From positions 6,595,950-6,659,949 of the forward strand of contig NC_134026.1 in assembly GCF_964204645.1 (NCBI RefSeq): a DNA stretch of 64,000 nt, in the 5' to 3' direction. The stretch is from Tubulanus polymorphus (taxonomy: Eukaryota > Animalia > Nemertea). The notes beneath the pieces were generated by a model. That model saw nothing but the letters and a program-made list of their open reading frames with translations, ran no database searches and was not told where the DNA came from. Of the stretch, positions 25,044-38,742 are shown piece after piece (positions within the stretch are counted from its first letter, which is position 1; each line of letters opens with the position of its first letter). A program made the translations under genes and the position numbers.

Positions 25044-27477
25044 ACAATCATCGAGTTCAGATATACCTATAAAACACTCGTATGTCCCAAGCTCTACGGT
25101 TCCCACTATATTGATATCTCAATACGTCGATCCAGACTTTTAAGAAGAAGTTGATATTTCTAAAAGCGAAAACTAACAACAAGTTCTATCGACCATGTCC
25201 TAAACTGAAACACTTGAAATACTGAAGAAATTCGCTGAACGACGCAGCAAATTGTTATTCTTTAGTTCGATACGTTACCGCATTTACTCACGATCAGATC
25301 CTCAACAGTTCGCGTTCAATTCAGCCACGAGTTGATTCCTTTTGTATACGTGCGTTCTTCTAACAAATTTAGATAGATAAATCCAATCACGTCTAATTCG
25401 ATATTAATTCCCATTTTGTAGTCTGTATGAGGGGTATAAATTATATATATAAATCACGACAGGTCCGAGGACAATATCTGTACATCAGGAATCATCAATC
25501 GAAGCAGTGTCACTTTCCACCAGCCCCGATACATGAACGCGTCAAATTTAACGACGACGGATTTCGTTTTTTTCGTCGTCAGTTTTTTTTCTTATTAACG
25601 ATGAAACAAGAAACCGAAACATCAATGAATTTGCTGATGGTAATCGCACACTCTCCACGCGTCGGCCGCCGTAAGCAGGATGGGTCCGATATCTAAAGGA
25701 TCAGATGACCATTTAGCGACGACTCAAGTCCGGTTCAATAAATACAATAATCATTAACTGGTCGATTGGCTAAAAACAAATCTAACGATTTTCTACAAAT
25801 CAGAAAGGTCAGTTACATTGTTTCAGTTGTACGTAGAATGTTTGAATTTCTGTCCACTGATAAAATATATTCCATTGTCCATGTCTTTTGTTGTTTTAAA
25901 AACGAAAAACTAAGATATTTTAGCAGATGTTAGTGAGATACGCTATATTTATCTGCCCTGTCCAGGGCTGCTCATCGCACTAACTGATCTCATCTCATCT
26001 CATATTTTCCAATTAAGATCTTGTATCGTTTGTCGTTTCGAGTATAGAGCAGTCACGAAGGTTTGAACAGTTTATGGAGCTTTCGCTCTTGTGTTAAAGT
26101 GTTATCCGTTAATGAACACGTTACTGGACGATGACAACAGTAGTTCCGATCACGAGAACTGGTAGTTAAAGGAAATGGCACGACTTGCCGCATTAGTTTT
26201 GAGTTATTCGACAGGTTTAGATGTCTGCTGCTGCTGCCGGTAACGACTATACGCCATCTCTGAGTGGGTGATTTACGCATGGACTCGATGACGTCGCGCA
26301 ATAAGCGGACATCCACAATTTAAAATCTAACGGCTAAATTGCTTCGACGATTTTGATTGGTTTGTATCTCGTGTGTAGTTTATCTTTAAGAGAATTGGTC
26401 TTGTATATATGCCATTAGAAATGAAAACACATGGTCTATCGCGCTGACCTTCGTTAGATATTACACCATCTTGTTAACACCAAGCATTATCTCCAAAATG
26501 TTAATATTCTATAAGGGGACCTATACTAGCTATGGCTAACGTTCACCTCGCACAGTTTTGGTACATCAGCAGACCTCGTGGTTCGTGGTGAACCCCATCG
26601 TCCTCAATGTGAAAAAAATACAGCACAACTCACATTGATTGATTGATAAAACGATTCATCGCGTATAATAATAAATCTTGTTGTTTTTTTTAACCCAGTG
26701 TGTTTCGTGCGCAAATTTTTAAAAGAAATGTATTCTATGTTGTGGATAAATCACACCATTAGATGTAAATGATGGATTGGTTTGGGATCGCAGTAAATCA
26801 TATTTTACTCGCTGCACGGAATGGCGACAGCTTTATCGGCTTCACCTATATCTGTCGAAAAATCATTTTCAATGATTATGAAAATAAGTTTGATAAGAGA
26901 TTTATGTTGAAATGTGTACTGTGTAACAATTCGCACCTTGACCATCCTCGCTTGCCAGGGTTTGGTTGCCGCCCGCCGAAGCACATGCCAACATAAACCC
27001 TGGTCGCAAACCCTTCATTGGTCTATTACGCCGCCCAAAATTTCTTGGGCGGACAGGTTGCCGCTCAGCGCCCACCAGTCTATATATCTAGCCAATCGAT
27101 GATGTATCTGCGCTTCTTGAATTACCCGGAACAAGTTTTGAATTCTGACAAATTGATTTCAAAGTAAAATGAACGTTTCCTCACCTCCATCACGAACCGA
27201 TACGACGAAATGCAACCCGACCTTGCTACATAAGAACAGAAACTGAATTACACTGTACAAATATCTGTTGACAGTCAATGTAAATGCGACATCAAACTAA
27301 TTCAATTCCTCAACAATCAATTGGATTCTAATAAATTTCTTAGAATTCTGAAATCAGGAAATAATTTATTCATCTTGTTTACTTATTGGTTATAATTAAT
27401 CAATCAAATGAGTTTAAATGAAATGATCAATAGATACGCGTGTAAGTTGTATGGAGTTAATCGAACTTGAAATCAAT

Positions 27478-28438
27478 GGTTTTGACTGAATTTCTACGGC
27501 GGATTTTCATACACAAATATATTCACGAATTTCCGGTCCCAGTAAAACATATATGTAAAAATTTACCACAAAGTTACAAACATGAAACTGAGTGAATATA
27601 GTGAAGAGAAATTCTCTCTGTTCTGCTGAGATTGGCAAGTATACGGTAACAGTTGTTGGAAGTGTGGATATTGCAAATGCGAGAGAAACTGTTACAAGCA
27701 TTATTGCTGTACGCTTTGATTTTGTAGTTTTCTGATCAGACGAAACCATTTTTGAGCCTCTGAATAACTGAATTATCATAATAGAATTTGATATGATAAT
27801 GGAAGTTAACGGTAGAGAGTAAATGTGGATGATTATAATGGTGAACGATGTTATTTGGTCAGCTAATTCGTAGTAACATCCGAAAAAAAATGATCAGAAA
27901 AATGCAACGATAAAGTATGAAGAAGATTTATGACCAGTACATTTACTGCAGTAATTATCAATATAGCAAATCTGGCGAATCTCGGTGTACATATCAAACG
28001 AGATGTGAACGGGAAGAGCACAACTGCCGCACGTTCTAGAGATATTGCTACTATAAACCACGAACTATTACAGGACGCAAGTATCATTACAAATTCATAA
28101 ATTTTACAACTGATCAGTGAATTCATCATGAATATAGGATCATCTTTAACGTGCATGAGAAAAACATTGTAAAACAGGCATCAGAGTTAGACTAATGCAG
28201 TAAATAGTATCACAGACTGATAAAACGATAAGATATTTAGCGTAAGATGCGTATACTGCGGAATCTACGACATCATTATCAGGAATGTAGCTGAATTTCC
28301 GAAGGCTCCAAACAAATACAAGATAGGCAGAATGGCCAATGAAAGCGCGTGGTAAATTCCAGGCTTGTTTGATACGGATATTAGAACGATGTAACCGCTG
28401 TAAGTTCGACCAATCGGAATCTGGGTTAGTAAATTCAT
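27478..28438 (-). pseudogene. Frameshifted paralogue of the adjacent 316-aa GPCRs
   Basis: Starts MNLLTQIPIGRTY at 28438. Homologous pieces are spread over different frames (ORFs 28146-28478, 27863-28156, 27507-27779), with a premature stop at 27507. Confidence 0.85.
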
Positions 28439-29184
28439 GTTGCACTGGATACACGAAGCATTGAGAAATGAATCTCATGCGAATGAAAAATCAAAATAGA
28501 TATTGATTTATTTCTGGCGATTAGATTTATTTGTTCTAGTTGAAATCGTTTTTACATACATGAGGTTAATTTATTTGGAAAATCAATTCTTCGAAACAAC
28601 ACAAAACCTAAATTGTGTGAAATGCTTTATGTGTCAGATATAAGACAACTAAATCACAATGAATTCCTAACTGCAGGCAAGATAATCACACGTGGACTGC
28701 AGCGCAATGATCAACCGTCTGATGAACCAGTGTTCAAGCCCGATACTTGTGCCGGATCATTTTGATACTGTTTTTGATTATTTCGATATGATTAAAAAGA
28801 ACGGCAATTTTTCTAATACTCTATCTGGAAAACCTATATTTTGTTTTCTGCAAACCTTCAATAGAATAAAGCAATTAAATGAATTTAGTTTAAAAAGTTA
28901 AATTTGAAACAAATGACAAATTTATCCTTTACCTCTTTGTATTTGTGTATGTTGTGTAGAAAAATAAGCAAATAAAAATAAACAGATTCAACGACCTGTG
29001 GATGAGTTGAATTCATGATTCGCGATAATTAACTGTTCAAGGTGTGGACTGAATGTATCAATAGACTGACGAAAATTAAAATCCACACACTCAATGATAA
29101 TGGAAGCCAAAGATTTATTGTTTGCAACAAGCTAAAGATCAATTCTCAGAAATCTGGGTCAGTGAGATCACTTGAACTTAATGG

Positions 29185-30135
29185 TTATTTCACTGAATTT
29201 CTACAAGAAACTATCATACAGAAATATTCACGAATTTCTCGTCCTAATAAAAGATATACGTAGAAATTAATGACAAAGTTACAAACATGGATGTGTGTGA
29301 ATATATCAAAGAGGAAAGCTCTAAGTTTTGGATCAATTGGTAGAAAAGAAGTAATAGTGGTTGGAAGTGTAAACATTGCAAATGCGAGTGAAACTGTTAC
29401 AAGCATTATCGTTGTACGTTTGGATTTTGCAGTTTTCTGATCAGACGAAACCATTTTTGAACCTCTGAATAACTGAAATATTATTACAGAATTTGATGTA
29501 AGAATCAAAGTTAACGGTAAAACATAAACGTAGATTACAATTATGATGAAAAATTTTATTTGGTCGAATAATTCGTGGTAACATCCGAAAAACTGATCGG
29601 GAAAATATAGCGACAAAGTGGGTAGAAGATATAGAACCAGTGCATTCACTGCGATAATTGACAATATTGCAGATCTAGCGAATCTCGGTGTACATATCAA
29701 ACGAGATGTGAATGGGAAGAGCACAACTGCCGCACGTTCTAGAGATATAACTACTATTAACCACGAACACATGGAAGAGGCAAGATGAATTACAAATTCA
29801 TAGACTCGACAACTGATCAGTGAATTCATCATGAATATTGAACCAGTTCCTGTGTGCAAGAGAACAAATTGTAAAACAGGCATCAGTGTAAAATTGATAC
29901 AGACCGTGAAATCACTGAGAGACAAAACGATCAGATAGTTAGCGTAAGACAAACCGCGGAATCTGCGACTAATCATAATCAGGAAAGTAGCTGAATTTCC
30001 GAAGGCTCCTAACAGAAACAAAATAGGCAGAGTGATCAGTGAATACGTGAGGTAGCTCCCAGACCTGGTCGCCACGGACATGAGAATGATGTAACTAGCA
30101 TATGGTCGACCAATCTGTATACGAGTTAGATTCAT
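29185..30135 (-). CDS. Intronless short class A GPCR (316 aa), putative chemoreceptor-like
   Basis: 7TM pattern with GN, LSxxD, ERA at the DRY position and NFYVY; very short termini. Confidence 0.9.
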   Translation of the reverse strand: MNLTRIQIGRPYASYIILMSVATRSGSYLTYSLITLPILFLLGAFGNSATFLIMISRRFRGLSYANYLIVLSLSDFTVCINFTLMPVLQFVLLHTGTGSIFMMNSLISCRVYEFVIHLASSMCSWLIVVISLERAAVVLFPFTSRLICTPRFARSAILSIIAVNALVLYLLPTLSLYFPDQFFGCYHELFDQIKFFIIIVIYVYVLPLTLILTSNSVIIFQLFRGSKMVSSDQKTAKSKRTTIMLVTVSLAFAMFTLPTTITSFLPIDPKLRAFLFDIFTHIHVCNFVINFYVYLLLGREIREYFCMIVSCRNSVK

Positions 30136-31333
30136 GATTCCATAGGGGGAGCCAGTTAACTTACTGTCTGAGAGTGTCTACTGACTATCTGAGAGTGCGA
30201 TTGTCGTAATGAGAGTGGCTGTCTGGGTGTCTGAGAATCCACTGACGCTGTACATTGACTGACAGTGTCTCTTCGCTTATTGGAAAATTGATTCAATGTT
30301 GAAGAAATCATGCGAAAGATTATTTGTATCAAATTGAAAAATCAATTTTCAGATTTATGAAGTTTCACTTTCGCTTGAAATGCAACTAAATTATAAATAT
30401 ATACAATCCAAACAATACTTCATTGTAAATGGTGAAGCATTTTACATAAGATGACATCCGACTAGTATTGAAAATATCTACCAATTCTAAGGGGGGAGGT
30501 TCTGTTCAACATCATCCAAACGCAATATTACACTGACATGCAGCCAGGAATTATCGAGGGCAGTTCTTTAACCTACAAACAAAAAACAGATTAAGCAAAA
30601 CTACAGATCTCACGGATCTAACCCTCGATTTAAACGCAACGTTAACAAAAACACGACATGTGCTGAGTTAGTATGTTAATTTGTCCGGTTAGTGTGGTGA
30701 CCAACGAGATGTAGTACTAGCTGGTGAACAGTCAGTCGCAATCACCGCCATCATGACTACCATCCCTATTTGCACAATCACCGCGATCCCCATCCTCGTG
30801 ACTATCAATTCCATCACCACCATCTCCACCTTCACCACTTCACATGTTGAACCAGTCGTCCAGTCAACCAGTCGCTCGGTCATCCAGCCACCCGGTCATC
30901 GAGTCATCCAGTCTAGGTCACAATATAGTTCCTTATTCGGCAACAAGGATACACATGCACAAATAGCCAGGAGTTCTCAAGGGCAGTTCGTTATTCCAGA
31001 AATAGACATATTTTTCCATTTCTGATTAAAAAGACACAAAATCTTGACCAAAACCTAGATTCGAATCGAATCGGGAATATCCGGGGTGCAAGCCACGTGC
31101 GCTAACCACTACTCCACTGAGCTTTAGTTTGTCAGGTAGTCACCACTTTACAGCCTTGTGATCATATAATTCTTTGATAGGTTTCTAAAGAGGTTTCTTC
31201 GGAACATCACATAAAAAGTTATTTGTAAATGTGAGTTGGATAGAATGACTTATTATATTTATTCATTTATTTATTCTCCGTAACACATCAAATCTGGTTA
31301 AAGTTCCGTAAGGAAATCGCTTGGAATTAATGC

Positions 31334-32284
31334 TTATTTTTCTGAAATTCTACAACAGAGTTTCATACAGAAATATTCACGAATTTCTCGACCCAGTAAA
31401 AGGTATATGTAAAAATTTACCACATAATTACAAATTTGAAACTGAGTGAAAATATCAAACAGAGAATCTCGTTGTTCCGTAGGGATTGGTAATAAAACAG
31501 TAATAGTGGTTGGAAGTGTAAATATTGCAAATGCTAGTGAAACTGTTACTAGCATTATTGTTATACGTTTTGATTTTGTAGTTTTCTGATCAGACGAAAC
31601 CATTTTTGAACCTCTGAATAACTGAATTATTATAACAGAATTTGATACAATAATCAAAGTTAATGGTAGAATATACGAGTGAATGACTCCCACGATAAGA
31701 AATGTTGTCTGGTCGTTTAATTCATGGTAACATCCGAAAAACTTGTTGAGAAAATTCATCGACAGAGTAGGTATGAGGTAAAGAACCAGTACATTCAGTG
31801 CGATAATTATCGATATAGTAAATCTAGCGAATCTCGGTGTACATATCAAACGAGATGTGAACGGGAAGAGCACAACTCCCGCACGTTCTAGAGTTATAGC
31901 TAATATTAACCATGAACTATTACAGCCGGCAAGTGCCATTACAAATTCATAGATTTGACAACTGATCAGTGAATTCATCACGAATACAGGACCACCTTCA
32001 ACACGCCAGAGAACAAACTGTAAAACAGGCATCAATGTAAAACTATTGCTCAATACGAAATCACAGATTGACATAACGATAAGATAGTTCGCGTAAGATA
32101 AACCGCGGAACCTGCGACTAATCATTATCAGGAAAGTAGCCGGATTTCCGAAGGCTCCTAACAGGAACAAGATAGGCAGAATGACCAATAACACAGTACG
32201 GTAGCTACCAGACTTGTTCACCAGAGACATAAGGACGATGTTACCAACGTAAGTTCGACCAATCAGCATTCGAGTTAGATTCAT
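31334..32284 (-). CDS. Intronless short class A GPCR (316 aa), tandem paralogue
   Basis: Same length and motifs as 29185-30135. Confidence 0.9.
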   Translation of the reverse strand: MNLTRMLIGRTYVGNIVLMSLVNKSGSYRTVLLVILPILFLLGAFGNPATFLIMISRRFRGLSYANYLIVMSICDFVLSNSFTLMPVLQFVLWRVEGGPVFVMNSLISCQIYEFVMALAGCNSSWLILAITLERAGVVLFPFTSRLICTPRFARFTISIIIALNVLVLYLIPTLSMNFLNKFFGCYHELNDQTTFLIVGVIHSYILPLTLIIVSNSVIIIQLFRGSKMVSSDQKTTKSKRITIMLVTVSLAFAIFTLPTTITVLLPIPTEQRDSLFDIFTQFQICNYVVNFYIYLLLGREIREYFCMKLCCRISEK

Positions 32285-33431
32285 TATTCAAGAGGATCGA
32301 CGTATGACACGGCTGTTGAGAGTTTACTGACTGTCTGAGAGGGTACCATCAGTCTGAGAGTGCACTGACGGAGAGCACACTCACTGCCCGGGTGTGTACA
32401 AAGACTCTCGAGTCTGAGGCCGAACTTGAGAATGAGCGTATCGTCCCTCATTATCTAATTGTATCTCAATTTTGGCGAATTCATCTGTAGAATTAATGTT
32501 AACAGTGAAATATAAATTTTCAGAAATCTGACACAATTTTTGCTCGGATTTATGATTATCAAATTTATTACAGTGTGAGTTATAAATGTAATTTGATATG
32601 ATTTCTGAATTCATTGTAAATGGTAAAATACCTTATTGTCAAACATCTGAACATGTGAACATTAGATATGAAACGTTATCTAATTATACTGGTCGTCAAA
32701 TTTGTTGAGGATTTTGTATTAGAAGCATAATTTGTGTATTTGTATTTCATGTTGCATATTATACTTGCCGTTAGTTGAATTGTATATAACGTGTATTTTG
32801 TAGTTCAATGACTGTTACGTATCATGAGCTGCCTCCTAACCTTAGAAATAAATCATACCATTGCAACGCATTGTCTGTTTTACTCGCTATGGTTGTGGTC
32901 TCCGGCTCCCAAGTGCATAAAACCATAATCCTCAGGTCCACCAGATGCAACGGTCTTTAACAAATTATTCGGTTGTTTCAATCGGAAAATGATTATCGGA
33001 ATGTCTCTCTACGCGCGTCCTACTGATTTACAGGCAAAGTTCTGGAAAAAACCAGAGTCCTCCGCTGACCACCCTCAACTGATTCGTACTTCAGGTGCAT
33101 GCCCGTCAGAAGGATAGCAACTAAGAAATAAAGTCTAAACTTGATCCGTGGCCCATTGTAGTCCATCCAAGAAAATGTCGGATCAAATGGAGTGTCCTGT
33201 TCGACATCACATTGAGATGATTGCTTGTAGGTCTGAGAGTGTGCTGACCGAGAGTACTGACTGTCCGAAAAATGGAATTGACCGGGTTTTCTCGCGTACG
33301 TATTGGGAAATTGATTCAGTATAAATAAAATCCAGAGATATCGCACTGAAAACGTACGCAATTTGTCCTCAATAGATAAGATAGTGCACTAAAACATGAA
33401 AAATATACGTCGCTGTTCTATACGAGTCAAG

Positions 33432-34250
33432 ATGGCAACCTTTAGAGAAGTTGTCACGTTTGAAGACAAAATTTCTGTTTCTTATAACGGCAGAAAAATA
33501 AACGTTTGGTCGGATTCACGAAATCGTGATAGAAAAATTCAGAAATACTATTACGATCCATTGTTTGATCTGGAACCTGGACTTACAGCTTCATATCACG
33601 ATTTATTACAACTGGTGATAACGTTGTGGAGCGAAGAACTGGAGATTGCGATAGAAAAGAAAATTAATGAATTGTACGGGGATGAAATGAAACTGGTTTT
33701 AGAAATGATGCCGATTGATAGCGTAAGTTTAGTGTAACTTATTACACAATTAAAACTAACAGTTTTCTATGAACGCCTGTCACAGTCCACACCATATATC
33801 ATTTATCATTGGTAGGTCAAATTAGATTGGAGAAACCCAATTGGTGGGATCAAAGAACCATCTCAACCTATATCACTGTCTCAGTGTCCCATGAATCAAA
33901 CGTTTGGCCTTGCATGTGATAGCGTTGTCAAGGCTAGAGACCTCAAATGCTATATTCGCGAGTCTCCACATGTGATAGTTTGGGGACTTCACGCGGATTG
34001 TGAAATACAGGGCTGCAAATGTTCATACAAAGTGAATTTGCCAAACGTTGAAAATCCGGCCATATTGCAGGCTTTGAGAAATGAAATCGCTTCACTCAAA
34101 CGAAAACTAGATAATACAATAACCAGTCACAACGCACTGAAGGACAGCATCAAACAGCATTATGATAACTTTGAAAACCGGTTCGAACAAATACAACTGA
34201 ATAATATCGATGAATCAACTCAACAAATGCCAAAGCAATCTGGAAAGTAG
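33432..34250 (+). CDS. Two-exon uncharacterised protein (unnamed N-terminal domain plus coiled coil), copy A
   Basis: Exons 33432-33722 and 33816-34250, GT-AG, phase 0; joins ORFs 33396-33737 and 33891-34250. Confidence 0.8.
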
Positions 34251-35440
34251 AGTAGAATATGACGTCACATGAGTAGAAACAGAAGAACCTAAACGGGTGA
34301 TGACGTCACTGGTGGAATTAATGACCGTCACCCCACGCAATGCTATCAGTTTTTACTGACTTTCGCCAATGCTTTCATCTAGCCATCGCTGTGCACACAC
34401 GTTTTAATTGCGTGTATAATGATACGTATAGAAGAAGAAACTGTCACTGTACATTATAAATGTAACTGGAGTAACCGTTATTGTATAACTGTAAATTGTT
34501 TATTTTTTGTATCCTGTGCCCGAAAAAATTTGTATAATTTCTGGAGCACAATAAATTAAATCTGAATCTTCGCCCAATTACAACCATATTATATTTAGGA
34601 TGTGTACATCACAAATTTAGGATGTGTACATCACGATTTTCACGTATATCGGCCCGTGTTTTTATGTTTTTCAAAATTAATTCTCGTGCGATAATTCAAA
34701 ACTTTCAACGTTTATGAATACTGAAAGTTCTAGGATAAAGTCGAAATATCTAAAAAAAACTAACTCAAGGAAACTTTGGGCTCATTTTTCCAATTTCTTA
34801 GTACAAGGGGTTGGACTGGCATTCCTTCGTCGATCCCATCAAAATGATTTTCTACGAAGACTATACCTGACCCCACACGATGGGCATGGATTTAACCGTC
34901 TTATGCAGAGGTCCAGTGTTTGAGTCCGCTTCATGCAATACATTTCTTTATCGCCGAATTCGTTCTTTTCATCAATATTTTGGTTTGTTAAATACAGTAC
35001 CGGTACGCATATTTCTTTTCTTGTTCAAAATGTTCATAATGATTTGTTATTCCTTGGAGTAATCATTTCTTAACAATACTCCGAGGTTAGTCTAAATGAA
35101 ATAGGTTTAGAAATGAATACGTAAGTTATCTCAAGCAAATACGCTAACAACATGAAAGAATCCCCCATTTCTGGACAGCAAGGGCGATCTAGGAAAATTG
35201 AAAGCCGGACTAGAAGAAATAAAAGAAAAGGCATTTCTCAGATAAACCAGCCAAGTAGCGGGATCAAAAGATGTTAAGACATTTTTTGAAAATACATAGA
35301 TTCTAAAAGAAGAAAATTCCGAGATGCACCACCCCTTCGATTCCCTGCCGCAGGGATTCGAACCTGGTGGCACTTATGATACTGCGACGGTCGCGCGCGG
35401 ATGCCAAGCTGTTTCATGACCTTGTTTCATTAGGTCAAAG

Positions 35441-36329
35441 ATGGCGACCCGTGGAGCCGGTGGATCTGTCATCAACCGTACCACATTTGAACACGAAATT
35501 GCCATGTCTTATAACGGACGAAAAGTAAACGTTTGGTCGAATTCACGAAATCGCGAAAGACAAATACAGAAATATTATTACGACCCGTTGTTTGATCTGA
35601 AACCTGAATTGTGTGATTCAAGTAATTCTGTATTACAACTGGTGATAACGTTGTGGAGCGAGGAACTGGAGACTGCGGTTGAAAAGAAAATTAAAGAATT
35701 GTACGGGGATGAAATTAAACTGGTTTTACAAATGATACCCATCGATACGGTAAGTAAGTTCGAACTCAGCTTGAGACCGACACAGTCCAGTCGAATATCA
35801 TCTAATAATTGCTTTATTTATTTGTTAGGTGAAACTAGACTGGATAAACCCACCTGGTGGGATCAAAGTACACGTGGATCCTATATCACTGAGTCATTGT
35901 CCGATGAATCAACTGTTTTTAGTTTCATGCGATAATGCTGACAAGGCTACAGCCTTCAAACAGTGTTTGCGCGATATGCCACACGTGCTAATTTGGAAGC
36001 TTCATCTGAATTGTTTGCGACAGGGCTTCAATTATAGATACAAAGTGAATTTACCAATCCTTGAAAATCCGGCATTAACGAAAAGTGTGAGAAACGAAAT
36101 TGTCTCTTTAAAACGACAGATTGATAATAGGACGACAAAAGCCAGTCACAACGCACTGAAGGACAGCATCAAACAGCATCACGATAACTTTGAAAACCGG
36201 TTCAACCAAATACAACAGAATATTGATAAATTAAGCCAACAAATGCCAAAGAAGAAGATAAGAAATAGTGACATCACAGGATCAGTAGAGAAACAGTGCG
36301 AGAAACTGGATAAATCAAATGGAATATGA
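35441..36329 (+). CDS. Two-exon uncharacterised protein, tandem copy B
   Basis: Exons 35441-35749 and 35829-36329. Same intron position as copy A and clear similarity (SYNGRKxNVWSxSRNR...QKYYYDPLFDL). Confidence 0.8.
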
Positions 36330-37000
36330 TGTCACTTCAAAAAAGAAGAAAGAACCAATAGCAGACCCAGCATCAAAGGGGTACAGTTAACCAGTAATTT
36401 GTTATCAATTTAAGATTTAATGAAATAAAGCTCATCAGATTAACTGTTTTATTCAAAATGGGGTTCTTCGTTTAAACAATTTAAACGTGTAGGGCTGGCA
36501 AGTGGGTAAACTACCTATTGTTTTTTATTTGTAATTTGCCAAGATACACATAAAACCAGTCCTCAAATTATATTGAATGCAGTCTTTGGATAGAATTAGA
36601 GGTTTTTATTGCAAACGTTTTTATACACTATTTTTGGTTGGCACAAACTTCATGCAATAAGCAAAATCGACACCAAAAATAACAAACTGGTATTTCTTTT
36701 ATCAATTCGATTTTAAAACAAAAATAAATATTTCGAAATCAGTTTCAATTGCAAAAAATAACCCATTGTTACAAATATAATCTGCTATCAACGTTATTTA
36801 GTCGGAATATAATCAGGCAATATGTCAGAGGTTCTTCACTGTTAGTCATGTTTTATGAAGATATCACATGAACTGCATATCAATTTGGCATGGACGGAAA
36901 ACAGCAATCAATTTTATTAATTCCCCTCGAACTTTTAGCGAATTTACACCAATCAGATCCTACACCAGATTGAAGAAACATTAACCAACATTTATCTTAA

Positions 37001-37261
37001 CCCTTTCAGTGCCGACTAATTAACACCCTATAGTGCTGGACATAATTTGAAAATTTTGAAAAATTCCACCCTAATGTGTTGAATAAGAGGAATACCACTA
37101 TAGTGTGTCTACACCGCAGTGCAGTGTATCGTTAGTTACTAATATTTCATATGTTTGACAGGTGCTGCCATTCAATAGAGCTAAAAACTAATTACATCAA
37201 TACACTGCAGTACGGTGTGCTAGCAAAATACATCACTGATTTATACACCGCACTGAAAGGG
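37001..37261. mobile_element. piggyBac-type MITE
   Basis: TIR ccctttcagtgc / gcactgaaaggg flanked by TTAA on both sides (36997-37000 and 37262-37265). Confidence 0.85.
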
Positions 37262-37512
37262 TTAATTTAAGTACGTGATATCAAGTTAAATAGTACGTTT
37301 AGTATGTTAACACCTCCTTTGGTTTTAGTAATATGAGCACTATGTTGACTATAAAGTTTAGAATCTTTATACAATTGTCTTTAAAGAGTATCTTTTATAA
37401 TAATGGTCACCATTGAGATGAAAATTTCAGTGGGAAAAATTGATATGGAAGAAAATGAAAAAATCCTAAAAGTAATAATCAGTTAACGTATCAAAAACTG
37501 GTTTTTACACAT

Positions 37513-38064
37513 AAACAAGCAGCCTATCAGCTGATACAGCTCCGCTGTTATATGGCAAGATTTTACAAGGACCACCTACACAGCACTCTAAAGAGTTCAA
37601 ATCCAGAAAACGGCTCTATATCTTTTTAGGCCTTGGCCGATAGTATCATACGTACCAAGCTTTGTCAAAATCAGATAATGATTGTAGGACTAGTAGCAAA
37701 TGCATGATTTTACAAGTGTGACCTGTACAGCGCCTACTAGATATCAGATTGGGAAAATGGCTCAATTACATTTAGCCCATGACCAAATATCCGTCAAGAT
37801 TGGATAATAATTGTAGGACAAGTAGTGATTTAAAGATTTTACAAGAGCCACCCGTACAGCATCCCCTAGAGATTAAATTTGGAAAACCGCTCTATAAGTT
37901 TTTAGCCCTTGGCCCATAGTATCTACATACCAAGTTTGGTCAAGATTAGAAAAGAACTGTAGCACTAGTAGCAAACTGGAGCAAAAGTTGGACGGACGGA
38001 CAGACAGATGACGACGGATAATCACTATCAGCTCTGCTGACTTTCAGTCACAGCGGAGCTAAAA
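37513..38064 (+). mobile_element. Non-autonomous Helentron-type (HINE/DINE-like) element
   Basis: 5' aacaag start, subterminal inverted repeat agctccgctgt (37538) / acagcggagct (38050), internal ~145-bp tandem units, GACG/GACA microsatellite, 3' hairpin, and insertion in an A-run. Confidence 0.7.
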
Positions 38065-38742
38065 ACTTCAATAAAGACTAACATACAGATTGTGTGAAGA
38101 TACCCATGCCAAGATCAGTGTTCTCCAATGGGGATTTTAGAGAGGCAACCACCCCTGTTATATCTGCTGCCCCTGAATTTAATTTTCATCGAAGGTGACT
38201 CCAAACCACTGAGCAAAAGCTTTACAATTAAGCATCTGGCAACAACCAACAGCATAAGGAGAACACTGCAGCAGGGCTAGTTACAGCCATAGCTTGATAG
38301 CCTGATCATCTTAGTTCGTACGGCTATCTGACAACTTTTCTTAAGATTTAACCATTTTTAAAAGCAAATCGCAACTGAACAACGTAGCATAAACTGGGCC
38401 CTGGTCTCGACTACGAATTGAGCCCTCTTTGACCTATAGATACATACAATTTACAGCTGTTTTGATGCCCTTTTAAAGACAGAAACCTCAACAGACACTT
38501 TTATCATCAACATGAAAACATTTTATCGAATACAAAATTATCGACTAAAAATTGTCATATCCATCATAGTTAATCTCTTTAACTGAGATATTCTTATACG
38601 AAATGCAATCATACAATCTACATCAGTGACAATATAATAACATAGAACCAGAAGCACCGTAGAAAGAATCCGTACAGAATGGCTAAAATATATTTTCTAT
38701 AAAACAGCAGAAAAGATTTATTGTGAATGATTTTTCTAGGGT

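Noticed and set aside
25044-25106. GTG start of the GPCR ORF as given in the track
   Set aside because: In a eukaryotic gene the first in-frame ATG (25043) is the more likely start; the upstream frame is closed by a TGA.
30689-31025. Thr/Ile-rich and Val/Met-rich ORFs on the two strands
   Set aside because: Derived from a degenerate (CAT/CAC)n low-complexity tract; no splice or homology support.
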